Source of the DNA: Thermodesulfobacteriota bacterium
GTDB taxonomy: Bacteria; Desulfobacterota_D; UBA1144; Nemesobacterales; Nemesobacteraceae
NCBI GenBank assembly: GCA_965197885.1
Contig: OZ240231.1
Coordinates: 1,839,366 to 1,903,365 of the forward strand
Length of the DNA stretch: 64,000 bases
Direction of reading: 5' to 3'
Shown here one piece after another: positions 10,162 through 19,562 of the stretch; position 1 is the first letter of the stretch, and each line of letters begins with the position of its first letter. A program made the position numbers and the translations under genes. The notes beneath the pieces were generated by a model. It did no database searches. It saw only the letters and a program-made list of their open reading frames with translations, and had not been told where the DNA came from.

Positions 10162-10260
10162 ATGCATATCGCCATTTTTCAACTTTTGTGGTACTTTATC
10201 CGGTTCCCTGCCTTTATTTGGCTCTTGACGATATTGGCGAGAGGCGATGGAGACGTTCTG
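10162..10260 (+). pseudogene. Remnant of an RND permease gene: the first ~20 nt are fused to the last ~75 nt
   Basis: atgcatatcgcc-atttttca matches the RND start at 16211. ctttatttggctcttgacgatatt matches the RND 3-prime end at 19229-19252. The fusion is out of frame. Confidence 0.55.
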
Positions 10261-10281
10261 TCCCCACAAAGGCACTCGGGT

Positions 10282-11445
10282 TCAGTGCGGGTGGTTCCTG
10301 AGAAATTCGCATTTCTGCCTGATGATTTCCGTCGCCGTTTCTACCTCATCGAAACTGTTTTCTGGGCAGAAACTGAATCTTACGCTTGAATAAGCGTGCT
10401 GTTCGCTGAGTCCCATGGCGGTTAGCACGTAGGAGGGCGCAACCTCGAAATTTGTGCAGGCGGAACTCTGCGAACACCTTATTCCCGATTCATCAAGGAG
10501 AGAAACCAGTTTTCTTCCGTTAGTTCCCCCGAAATGAATATTCGTGGTGTTACATACTCTTTTTCCGGCAAGTCCGTTAATTGAGGTCTGCGGTATGGAT
10601 TTGATGATTATTTTCTCAAACTGATCGCGAAGGTCTTTCATTTTCCCGACGGCTTTCTCAAAATTTACGCGTCTTATCTCGCATGCGGCCCCGAGGCCCG
10701 CTATACCCGGAAGATTCTCGGTTCCGGGACGAAACCCTTCTTCTTGGAATCCTCCGAAAAGAAAAGGATTCACAAGCAGTCTGTCTTTTGCGTATAGAAC
10801 TGCGGCGCCCTGAGGCCCGTTGATTTTATGAGCCGTGAAGGAAAGGAAATCCACGTGAAGCTTCTCCAGGTCCACCCTGAGTTTTCCTATGGCTTGGGCG
10901 GCGTCGGTGTGAAAAGGAACCCCCTTCTCCCTGCAAAGTTCGGAAATAGGTTCCATGTCCTGTATCACTCCAGTTTCGTTGTTAACCCACTGAACAGAAA
11001 CAAGATCGGTTTTTTCGCAAAGCGCGTCTTCCAGCCTGCGGACATCAAGAATCCCTTGTTTGTCCACCTCGAGTATTTCCACGTGGACACCGTTCAGTTC
11101 GAGAAAACTGCACATCTTCATTATCGAGGAATGCTCAATTCCCGTTGTGACGATTCGGGGTTTTTTCTTCTTCCCTGTGCAGGAATAAAAGACCATGTTA
11201 TTTGATTCCGTGCCGGAGCTTGTGAATATAAGGTCTTCTGGGGAACATCCCAGAAGACCGGAGGTACGTTTGCGCGCAAGCTCCATGCGGTGCCTCGCCC
11301 TCTCGCCCGCCGAGTGGGCACTTGAAGGATTGCCGAATTGCTCCCCAATGGCCTCGCACATGGCCTCCGTCACCTCCGGAAGGGGCCTTGTGGTTGCATT
11401 GTTGTCAAAGTAGATTTCGCCGGAATTTTCCTCTATACACCCCAT
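10282..11445 (-). CDS. Cysteine desulfurase (NifS/IscS family, class V aminotransferase)
   Basis: YFDNNATT near the N-terminus, SFTAHKINGPQG with the PLP lysine, and a C-terminal SSACT motif. Start set at MGCIEEN. Confidence 0.8.
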   Translation of the reverse strand: MGCIEENSGEIYFDNNATTRPLPEVTEAMCEAIGEQFGNPSSAHSAGERARHRMELARKRTSGLLGCSPEDLIFTSSGTESNNMVFYSCTGKKKKPRIVTTGIEHSSIMKMCSFLELNGVHVEILEVDKQGILDVRRLEDALCEKTDLVSVQWVNNETGVIQDMEPISELCREKGVPFHTDAAQAIGKLRVDLEKLHVDFLSFTAHKINGPQGAAVLYAKDRLLVNPFLFGGFQEEGFRPGTENLPGIAGLGAACEIRRVNFEKAVGKMKDLRDQFEKIIIKSIPQTSINGLAGKRVCNTTNIHFGGTNGRKLVSLLDESGIRCSQSSACTNFEVAPSYVLTAMGLSEQHAYSSVRFSFCPENSFDEVETATEIIRQKCEFLRNHPH

Positions 11446-11474
11446 TATGAAGCTAATAATACATGATTTTGCGG

Positions 11475-11882
11475 CTAAGGTGTCTCTTGCGGCAGGTCTT
11501 CTGGCAGAAGAAGGGTTATGCAAGGTTCCTCGGAGTCTTTCGTTACCGGCCCTAGACAGGAAATGACCTGAAATTCCTGACCTTTTCCGTCTTTGGTAAC
11601 TGAAGCGGTGAAATTGATCAGGTTTGTTCTCCTCGTCTTTCTAGTCGCCCTTATTGATGAAACAAGCGGAGAAAGTATCTCTTTTAGCCTCGTGTTCTCA
11701 TCCTCGCCGCGGGCTGTGGCCTCGGAGTCAGGCTCCATTATTTCTTTTTTCAGCAGAGAGGTCACGAATATGCGGATCATGAGGCCTGATTCTCTCGCCA
11801 CCTCAGATACCTCGAACTGTTTTTCCAGTTCGATGTCCGCCTCTCTTTCCATGCAGAACATTTCCATTTTTCTCTCCGGCAA
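11475..11882 (-). CDS. Hypothetical protein upstream of the desulfurase on the same strand
   Basis: 135-aa ORF sitting 27 bp before the nifS-like start. I recognise no domain. Confidence 0.3.
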   Translation of the reverse strand: MPERKMEMFCMEREADIELEKQFEVSEVARESGLMIRIFVTSLLKKEIMEPDSEATARGEDENTRLKEILSPLVSSIRATRKTRRTNLINFTASVTKDGKGQEFQVISCLGPVTKDSEEPCITLLLPEDLPQETP

Positions 11883-11954
11883 TATCAGTAGTATATACTA
11901 GATAGTTTAGCCGGGATATACAAAACGCGGTCGTGGAAGCGGGAGAGATTTTAG

Positions 11955-12731
11955 ATGAGCAAAACTGGAGAAATAAGACTTGTTTCCCTCGGGGGAATGC
12001 GGGAAGTGAAAAAGGGAGACAATCTCGGGGAGATGATCCTTCGCGCCGCCGCCCGGGAGGGGTTTTTGTTTCTCGACGGAGATGTCTTGGTGGTTGCGCA
12101 GAAGGTGGTCTCGAAAGCTGAAGGCAGGGTCGTTAATCTTTCCCGGGTCAAGCCTTCTGGTTTTGCAGTTACGGTTTCGCGGGAGGTTTCAAAGGATCCT
12201 AGGCTCGTAGAGGTAATTCTCGGGGAGACTAGAAGGATCGTAAGAATGGACCAGAGGGAAAGCGGCAAGGGGAGACTTATAGTTGAGACCGCTGGGGGGT
12301 TTATACTGGCAAATGCTGGCGTGGACGCCTCAAACGTTTCTGGAGGAGAAGATGTCACACTTCTGCCGCTTGATTCCGACCGCTCCGCCGGGGTTATAAG
12401 AGAACATATAAAAGGAGAAACTGGCAGAGATGTTGCCGTTATAATAACCGACACTGTCGGACGTCCCTGGCGGGAAGGTCTTACAGACATTGCGATTGGC
12501 TGTAGTGGCATGAAGGCGCTTTCTGATCGCAGGGGGGAGACCGACGCCAAGGGGCTTGTGCTTACCGCGACTGAGATGGCGACTGCTGATCAAGTGGCGT
12601 GTGCTGCCGGGATGCTGATGGAGAAAACCGCAGCGACCCCTGTGGTGGTAGTGCGCGGGGTCGACTACATTCGGGGAGAGGGAGGCTCGGGTGAACTGAT
12701 CAGAGATCCGGCTCATGATCTGTTTAGATAG
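11955..12731 (+). CDS. cofE: Coenzyme F420-0:L-glutamate ligase family protein (CofE-like)
   Basis: GDVLVVAQKVVSKAEGR and ILANAGVDASN motifs as recalled for the CofE/FbiB N-domain. Confidence 0.65.
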   Translation: MSKTGEIRLVSLGGMREVKKGDNLGEMILRAAAREGFLFLDGDVLVVAQKVVSKAEGRVVNLSRVKPSGFAVTVSREVSKDPRLVEVILGETRRIVRMDQRESGKGRLIVETAGGFILANAGVDASNVSGGEDVTLLPLDSDRSAGVIREHIKGETGRDVAVIITDTVGRPWREGLTDIAIGCSGMKALSDRRGETDAKGLVLTATEMATADQVACAAGMLMEKTAATPVVVVRGVDYIRGEGGSGELIRDPAHDLFR

Positions 12732-12745
12732 TTTCCACGGATTTC

Positions 12746-13429
12746 ATGAAAGGTTTTTTCGAAAAAGATTTTCTTCTCATTTCTCATCGGGGCGCTAGTC
12801 ATTACGAACCGGAGAACACGCTTCGATCTTTCCGCAGAGCTCTGGACATGGGATCCAGTGCGATAGAATTCGACGTAAGAAAAAGTCTTGAGGGCCGTCT
12901 GGTAGTCATTCACGACGGGACGGTTGACAGGACCACGGACGGTAAGGGAACCGTTTCGGGAAAAACTCTTGGCGAACTTCGATCTCTTGATGCCGGCTGT
13001 GGGGAACGGATACCGACTCTTGAGGAGGTATTGGAGAATTTCGGGGGGCGTTGCGGACTTGTAGTCGAGCTCAAGGAAAAAGGCACGGAAGAGAAAACGG
13101 TTTCGCTTATAAAGAAACATGGTCTTACAAAAGATGTCGCGGTGGTTTCTTTCCGCGAGGACTGTATCCGTGCGGTAAGGGAGCTTGATCGCTCAATTAC
13201 AACGGGACTTATTACGGTTTTCGGCTTCGGATGCGTTAATAAGGCTCTTTCGCTCGGTTGCCGGGTAGTTGCTACGAATTACCGTTTCATGACGCGCCGG
13301 CTTGCCTCGAAAGCGCGAAGAAACGGTCTTTTTGTGTGCTGCTGGACGGTCAATGACCCAAAGCGAGGTGAAAAACTGGCCGGGATTGGGATTGACGGGC
13401 TGATTACCAACAAGCCCGACCTGCTTTGA
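12746..13429 (+). CDS. Glycerophosphodiester phosphodiesterase
   Basis: HRG-x-ENT and EFDV motifs of the GDPD family. Confidence 0.8.
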   Translation: MKGFFEKDFLLISHRGASHYEPENTLRSFRRALDMGSSAIEFDVRKSLEGRLVVIHDGTVDRTTDGKGTVSGKTLGELRSLDAGCGERIPTLEEVLENFGGRCGLVVELKEKGTEEKTVSLIKKHGLTKDVAVVSFREDCIRAVRELDRSITTGLITVFGFGCVNKALSLGCRVVATNYRFMTRRLASKARRNGLFVCCWTVNDPKRGEKLAGIGIDGLITNKPDLL

Positions 13430-13569
13430 AACCCGTTTGCCGCCACGCCCGATTTTACCCCCGCGGCGTTAACCTGCTGAAATTAACTTGACTCCAGGTT
13501 GCTTCCGGTACTGTGCGTTGCCGTGATTTGCGCGGTTGATCGGTTATTATTCGATATCAGATATGCTGT

Positions 13570-14754
13570 TTGACCGACGGTGAAAAAATGTCGCCCGATC
13601 CCGGACATTACATATATCTCGACTATAACGCGACCACGCCCCTTGACCCGTGCGTTCTGGAAGAGATGATTCCCTATCTTGCAGAAAATTACGGGAACCC
13701 TTCCAGCATTCACTCTCCCGGAAGCGCCGCGCGCGCGGCGCTTGACTGCGCTCGGGAGAGAGTATCGAGTTGCCTGGGGGCTAGGCCAGGAGAAATAGTT
13801 TTTACTTCCGGGGGGAGTGAAAGCAACAATTTTGCCGTGAAGGGTCTCGCCTGCGCTCTTTCGGACAGGGGAAACCATCTGGTTACGACCGCGGTCGAGC
13901 ACGCCTCGTGTCTTGAAACGTTCAAGTTCCTTGAGCGCAGCGGTTTCGAAGTCACTTACCTTCCGGTGGATTCCTTCGGGCTGGTTTACCCTGAGCAGTT
14001 CCGGGAAGCGATTACCGAGCGAACGATTCTTGTATCCTGCATGTACGTTAACAACGAGACCGGGGTTATAAGCCCGATTCGCAAGATAGGAGAGATTGCC
14101 CGCGAGAGGGGTGTGATTTTTCACACGGACGCGGTACAGGCTCTAGGAAAAGTGGAAATAGACTTTGCGGACCTGCCGGTGGATATGGCGTCTTTTTCCG
14201 CCCACAAGGTCTGCGGTCCGAAAGGAGCCGGGGCTCTTTACGTAAGAAAGGGAGTCGGACTGGAATCTTTTGTTCACGGCGGGGGACAGGAGAGGGGAAA
14301 GAGGTCGGGAACCGAAAACGTGGCGGCCGTCTGCGGATTCGGTTTTGCGTGCGAACTTCTCCGCGGGCAAGTGGGGTTTGAGAACAAAAGACTGACAAAC
14401 TTGCGAGACCGTCTCTTCGAAGAGCTTTCCCGGAGAATAAAGGATGTTTATCTGAATGGACATCCCGATGAGAGGGTCTGCAATACTCTTAACGTGGGTT
14501 TTTCCGGGACTCCGGGCGACTCGGTGGTAATGAATCTTGATACCGAGGACGTGGCGGTTTCAACCGGTTCAGCTTGTTCCGAGGGGAACGTGGACGCTTC
14601 CCATGTATTGATCGCTATGGGACGCGAGGAAAAGGAGGCGCTCAGCTCGGTCAGGTTTAGCTTCGGCCGTTTTACACGGGAGGAGGAAGTCGACAGGGTG
14701 ATCGATCTTCTCCCGGCGGTAGTGAGAAGAATAAGAGAAATCCAGAGCTTGTAA
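13570..14754 (+). CDS. Cysteine desulfurase (NifS/IscS family), second paralog
   Basis: YLDYNATT, SFSAHKVCGPKG and SSVRFSF motifs. Confidence 0.8.
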   Translation: MTDGEKMSPDPGHYIYLDYNATTPLDPCVLEEMIPYLAENYGNPSSIHSPGSAARAALDCARERVSSCLGARPGEIVFTSGGSESNNFAVKGLACALSDRGNHLVTTAVEHASCLETFKFLERSGFEVTYLPVDSFGLVYPEQFREAITERTILVSCMYVNNETGVISPIRKIGEIARERGVIFHTDAVQALGKVEIDFADLPVDMASFSAHKVCGPKGAGALYVRKGVGLESFVHGGGQERGKRSGTENVAAVCGFGFACELLRGQVGFENKRLTNLRDRLFEELSRRIKDVYLNGHPDERVCNTLNVGFSGTPGDSVVMNLDTEDVAVSTGSACSEGNVDASHVLIAMGREEKEALSSVRFSFGRFTREEEVDRVIDLLPAVVRRIREIQSL

Positions 14755-14817
14755 GAACCCAGAATACCTAACCTATTTAAAATGTTGACATTACCCTTAT
14801 AATAAGCCCCGCCGAAA

Positions 14818-15858
14818 CTAGGGATAAAGCGGGAGGGAGTCAAGTCCGAGACTCTCGGGAAGGTCAAGCATAATGTTCATGTTCTGTATCGCTTGGCCCG
14901 AGGCTCCCTTTACAAGGTTGTCTATAGCGCACACTAGGACTGCGGTTTTTTTGTCAGAATTTGCCTTTACACCTATGTCGCAGAAATTCGAGCCCCTGAC
15001 GCAGGAAGTGTTCGGAAATGTTCCCTCCGGAAGAATTCTCACGAAAGGCGAGTTCTCGTAAAATTGCCCGAGAGCGTCCAGAAGTTCGCGGGTTGTATGC
15101 TTGCCTGAGAGGGTTACGTATATTGTCGAGAGGATTCCCCTGTTTATCGGTATCAGGTGTGGTGTGAAAACGACTTCTATTTTGCCGCCGAGAAAATCCG
15201 AAAGACCCTGCTCTATTTCAGGGGTATGACGGTGTTCGCCGACTTTGTAGGCTTTCATCCCTTCAGAGATCTCGCAGAAATGAAGATCAAGTGAAGGGTT
15301 CCTTCCGGCACCCGAGGCGCCCGATTTCGAATCGATAATTACCCCTTCCGTTTCCACCATGCCGTTCTCGAGAAGCGGGGCGAGCGGAAGAATTGAAGAG
15401 GTGGGGTAGCATCCCGGGTTTGCCACCAGTTTTGCCTCCGATATCTGCTCCGCATGCAGTTCGGGGATTCCGTAAACGGCGTTTTCGAGAAGGTGGGCGC
15501 ATGGATGATCCCCGTACCACTCTTTGTAGGTGCCTTCCTTGAGGCGGAAATCTGCCCCGAGATCAATTATTCTTATGTCTCTTCCGTAAATTTCTTCTAT
15601 AAGTTCGGCGGATGCGCCGTGTGGCAGTGCTGCGAATACCACGTCGGTATCGTGTGGAATGAGCGAAGGGTCAGAATTGGAAAGTTCAAGATCGGTTATT
15701 CCGCCGAAGTGCGGAAAAACTTCTGCCAATGCACGCCCGGCGTGCCTTGACGCGGTTAAATGCGAAATGCTCGCTTGGGGATGTCCCTGAAGCAGTCTTA
15801 TGAGTTCCGCTCCCGTGTAGCCGCTTGCTCCCAGAATACATACGCTAAGCCTTTTCAT
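14818..15858 (-). CDS. argC: N-acetyl-gamma-glutamyl-phosphate reductase
   Basis: GASGYTG N-terminus and the active-site motif PGCYPT. Confidence 0.9.
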   Translation of the reverse strand: MKRLSVCILGASGYTGAELIRLLQGHPQASISHLTASRHAGRALAEVFPHFGGITDLELSNSDPSLIPHDTDVVFAALPHGASAELIEEIYGRDIRIIDLGADFRLKEGTYKEWYGDHPCAHLLENAVYGIPELHAEQISEAKLVANPGCYPTSSILPLAPLLENGMVETEGVIIDSKSGASGAGRNPSLDLHFCEISEGMKAYKVGEHRHTPEIEQGLSDFLGGKIEVVFTPHLIPINRGILSTIYVTLSGKHTTRELLDALGQFYENSPFVRILPEGTFPNTSCVRGSNFCDIGVKANSDKKTAVLVCAIDNLVKGASGQAIQNMNIMLDLPESLGLDSLPLYP

Positions 15859-15929
15859 AACCGTGAAACGATACTACGGGAATTGGGAAAACTCAATCCA
15901 TATTCGCAATTCGGGCATCTGTCCGAGAG

Positions 15930-16204
15930 ACTACGGAAGGAATTTTACGTTGCTGATACTTCTTTCTGGAAGTTCCGGTGCTTCTTCCGAGAATTAGGCG
16001 GTGTTCTATTATCCGGTACAATTACCGAAGGCGTTTTGAAGTCATGACTGACTGTAGATCGGGTGGAAATTCTGTTTGACAAGGCAAGATACGGTTTCTA
16101 GTCCCAGGGGGAAATCTGCCGATACCGAAGAGACATACAGCTTGATCGGTTTCCCGCAGACTCCGGGGATTATAATAGAGTGCACAGTAAGTATTATCGA
16201 CTGA
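15930..16204 (+). pseudogene. Decayed 3-prime remnant of an efflux adaptor gene, directly upstream of the intact RND gene
   Basis: 16141-16204 aligns to the adaptor gene end at 10081-10155 with a 24-nt deletion. The terminal agtaag.attatcgactga is 18/19 identical. Confidence 0.5.
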
Positions 16205-16210
16205 TTTTCT

Positions 16211-19200
16211 ATGCATATCGCCGATTTTTCAGTAAGAAATTCCTTTTTCGTGAACCTGTTGATGGGAGCCATAATATTTATAGGGCTTCTGTTTTCATTC
16301 TCCCTTCCTCTTGAGCTGTTTCCGTCTGTCAAACTTGAGATGGTGACAGTAACCACGTCTTTTCCGGGTTCTTCAGCCGAAGACGTCGAGAATCTTGTAA
16401 CTATTCCTATCGAGCAGCAGATAAAAAACGTCTCCGGCGTCAAGATCGTAAAATCCGTTTCTTCCGAAGGCTTCTCACGGGTTACGGCTGAGGTTTATCC
16501 AGGTGAAGACACCCGAAGAATCTCTTGGGAGATCGATTCCAAAATCAACCTGATAGCGGATGATCTTCCCGAGGACGCCGAGGAGCCTGTGACCGAAGAG
16601 AAAGAGGCGAGTTTTCCGCTTGTGAGCGTTTCTATTTCAGGGGATATGCCAATAGCTGTTCTCTATCCCAGTGCCAAAAAATTGCGGGATGAACTTGCGC
16701 TTTTAGACGGTATTGACAACGTAACTTCCGTAGGGCTGCCCGACCCGGCCCTGTGGGTGTATCTCGATTATCCGAAGATGGTGCAGTTCGGACTGGGCAT
16801 TGAAGAGATTTCAGATGCCATCAACAGAAGAAATCTGGATGTTCCCGGAGCGAACTTTACGCGGAGCAATGCTGATTTTCTGTTGAGAACCGAGGGCAAG
16901 ATAAGATCTGTGGAAGACCTTCTCGATATTCCGGTCGCTAAAAACGTGGAGGGCAAACATGTTCTGCTCCGCGACGTGGCGACGGTCACTATCGGCGAGC
17001 AGCAAGAGGATTTGAGGTCAAGAATAAACGGTCGCCCCGCGATTACCTTCTGGGTGGAAAAGCAGAAAAACGTCGATATCTTGGATACAGTCGACCGCAT
17101 AAAGCAGCTTACCGAAAAATACGAAAGCGAACTGCCAAAAGATGTGGAGATAACCCTGGCGTTTGACAGGTCAGACTGGGTGAAAAGTCGTCTTGGTACC
17201 ATGCTTAGAAGCGGTGGACTGGGGCTTGTTCTGGTAGTGATCCTTCTCGGTCTTTTTCTTGACCGCAAGGCGGCCTTTATCGCCGCCTTGGGAATTCCCG
17301 TTTCTTTTCTGGGAGCCGCGATATTAATGAAGATGACCGGAACAACGCTAAGCACCCTTTCCATGTTCGGTCTTATAATGATGCTGGGCATGATCGTGGA
17401 TGACGCAATAATCGTCGTTGAGAATGTGCAGAGGCATATATTAAGGGGAGTGGAACCGCTGAGGGCGGCGGTAATAGGGACAAAAGAGGTCGCTTGGCCT
17501 GTGGTTGCGACGGTGCTGACCAATATCGCCGCGTTTACCCCCCTTCTTCTCGCGACCGGGCTCATGGGACAGTTCCTTTCCATCATTCCCAAGGTCGCGA
17601 TCTTTGCGCTTTGCTTTTCCCTTTTCGAAGCCTTGGTGATTATGCCGTCTCACTGCGCCGACTGGCTTCCGGCAAATGGCGCAGCGAGACCCCCTCGCGG
17701 AAACGCGGCACTTCTGCGCGTAAGAGGCCTTTATCTGCGAGGACTTCTATTTGCGCTTAGAAACCGTTACGTGGTAATAGGCTGTTTCTCGGTCATTTTT
17801 CTTTTTTCGGTTTTTATATTTGTCCGGATTCCCAACGTCATGTTCTATCTTCATGATACCGAGGAGATACTGGTAAGGGTTGAGAATCCTCCCTCATCCA
17901 GCTTGGAGTATACGGTCGCTTCCGTAGCCCAGGTGGAAGAAGCCGTACGCAGTAGCGTTCCCTCTCATGTTCTGAAGAACACTTTATCCATGGTAGGCAT
18001 TGATATGTCTGATCCTGACGACCTGTTTTTTATGGGGGACCACGTGGCAACGGTCCTGATTGAATACGAGGATTATTCCGCTAGGAAAGAAAATGCGATT
18101 GAACTCTCCAAAATCGCAGAAAAAAATGTAGAGGAAACGGTTACGGGACCTAAACAAGTTGATTTCATCACGACAACGGGTCTTCCCACCGGAAAACCGG
18201 TAGACGTCAAAATAAGCGGAGATGATATCCCGGTGCTGATGGACATAGCTTCTCAGACCCGGGAGTTTCTGAGTAGTCAATCGGGGGTGAGCGCCGCGGC
18301 AAGCAATCTTGTTTACGGAAAGCCTGAGGCCACAGTCGAAGTGGACGGGAGAAAAGCCGGGGTGTTCGGTCTTGACAAGTGGAACGTGGCGCGGGAAATC
18401 AAGGCTCTCGGAGACGGTCTCACGGTTGCCAAGACAAGAGTGGGGGAAGAAGAGGCTGAGATAAGCCTGCGATACCATACGGGGGAGTCCGATGTCTTCT
18501 CGGTAAAATCGCACCAGATTCCGACTCCTCTCGGGCGGAGGGTTCCTATCGGCACTGTGGCGGAGATAAAGGACTCTAAGACACCGCTTGAGATAAGAAG
18601 GGAGAACCTTCGCAGAACGGTAACCGTAACGGCTGAAGTGGACGTCCGAACGACTACTTCAAGGGAGGTAAACGCGAATCTTTCGCGGTATCTCGACAGC
18701 CTTTTAGAGAACTACTCGGGCTACTCGTTTCGATTCGCGGGGGAGGAGGAGCAGTACACCCAAGCGATAAGCGACATAAAAAAGGCGTCGCTTGTTGCCC
18801 TGCTTCTCATTTATCTCATTCTCGCGAGCATACTGCGCTCCGGCTTTCAGCCGCTTATCATAATGAGCGTTCTGCCTCTTTGCGTTACTGGCGTGCTCGT
18901 GGGGATTCTGCTGCGTGGAGAGCCCATGACGCTTCCCGCCATAATAGGAATAGTTGCGCTTCTGGGCATAGTTGTGAACGACAGCCTGCTGCTGCTGAAT
19001 TTTATCAACCGAAGGGCGAAAAAAATGCCGAGCAAGGCAATAGCCGTCATGTTTTCCGCAAGGTATCGCTTTCGGCCCATCGTTCTTACCACGCTTACGA
19101 CTTTCTCTGGACTTTTCTCCCTGATGTTAGCCTATAAGGGCCAAGCAGGCATTCTCGCTCCTATGGCCACTTCCATTGGATTCGGACTTGTTTTCTCGAC

Positions 19201-19327
19201 CTTTGTTATACTTTATCTGGTACCTTGTCTTTATCTGGCTCTTGACGATATTACCAAGCGGTTACGATATTTAACCCGTGCGAAAACATTCGGACCAAGT
19301 GTGGGAGGTTCCCTGCAAACTGGCTAA
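16211..19327 (+). CDS. Efflux RND transporter permease (AcrB/CzcA family)
   Basis: 1038 aa with 12-TM RND topology and large periplasmic loops. Confidence 0.9.
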   Translation: MHIADFSVRNSFFVNLLMGAIIFIGLLFSFSLPLELFPSVKLEMVTVTTSFPGSSAEDVENLVTIPIEQQIKNVSGVKIVKSVSSEGFSRVTAEVYPGEDTRRISWEIDSKINLIADDLPEDAEEPVTEEKEASFPLVSVSISGDMPIAVLYPSAKKLRDELALLDGIDNVTSVGLPDPALWVYLDYPKMVQFGLGIEEISDAINRRNLDVPGANFTRSNADFLLRTEGKIRSVEDLLDIPVAKNVEGKHVLLRDVATVTIGEQQEDLRSRINGRPAITFWVEKQKNVDILDTVDRIKQLTEKYESELPKDVEITLAFDRSDWVKSRLGTMLRSGGLGLVLVVILLGLFLDRKAAFIAALGIPVSFLGAAILMKMTGTTLSTLSMFGLIMMLGMIVDDAIIVVENVQRHILRGVEPLRAAVIGTKEVAWPVVATVLTNIAAFTPLLLATGLMGQFLSIIPKVAIFALCFSLFEALVIMPSHCADWLPANGAARPPRGNAALLRVRGLYLRGLLFALRNRYVVIGCFSVIFLFSVFIFVRIPNVMFYLHDTEEILVRVENPPSSSLEYTVASVAQVEEAVRSSVPSHVLKNTLSMVGIDMSDPDDLFFMGDHVATVLIEYEDYSARKENAIELSKIAEKNVEETVTGPKQVDFITTTGLPTGKPVDVKISGDDIPVLMDIASQTREFLSSQSGVSAAASNLVYGKPEATVEVDGRKAGVFGLDKWNVAREIKALGDGLTVAKTRVGEEEAEISLRYHTGESDVFSVKSHQIPTPLGRRVPIGTVAEIKDSKTPLEIRRENLRRTVTVTAEVDVRTTTSREVNANLSRYLDSLLENYSGYSFRFAGEEEQYTQAISDIKKASLVALLLIYLILASILRSGFQPLIIMSVLPLCVTGVLVGILLRGEPMTLPAIIGIVALLGIVVNDSLLLLNFINRRAKKMPSKAIAVMFSARYRFRPIVLTTLTTFSGLFSLMLAYKGQAGILAPMATSIGFGLVFSTFVILYLVPCLYLALDDITKRLRYLTRAKTFGPSVGGSLQTG

Positions 19328-19499
19328 TGCCTAATCATCCGGTACAATTACAAAAGGTGTTTCGAGGGGCTTAGTTAACTGGAAGCCGGGTGGAAAGAAC
19401 AAACTAAAATCACGATGCTTTACCATTCGTATGGCTGTGTGAAATGGCGCGGTCACGGGGCGAAACACTGTGATTGTTCTCAAATTGATTATCCTATTT

Positions 19500-19532
19500 G
19501 ACTAACCGCAGACAAGTGTATAGTTTTTGCGA
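19500..19532 (+). promoter_or_regulatory. Candidate sigma70 promoter for the gap-pgk-fbaB cluster
   Basis: TTGACT, then a 15-16 nt spacer, then TATAGT, about 30 nt upstream of the gap RBS ggagg. Confidence 0.35.
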
Positions 19533-19562
19533 AATTCAAAGTCAAGTTTCGGAGGTTTTACG

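Noticed and set aside
10162-10389. 75-aa ORF starting MHIA... after the adaptor gene
   Set aside because: It is not an independent gene. It is the fused 5-prime/3-prime remnant of an RND gene read out of frame, and is annotated as a pseudogene.
14770-14800. Perfect-looking TTGACA ... TATAAT between the convergent ends of nifS2 and argC
   Set aside because: The spacer is only 7 nt, so it cannot be a sigma70 promoter. It also lies between two gene ends.
16768-17592. 274-aa minus-strand ORF inside the RND permease gene, plus many other antisense ORFs listed in the track within pgk, mutA, uvrD, selO and dnaE
   Set aside because: They lie fully inside well-supported genes on the opposite strand and have biased, unrecognisable composition. 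They are treated as spurious.
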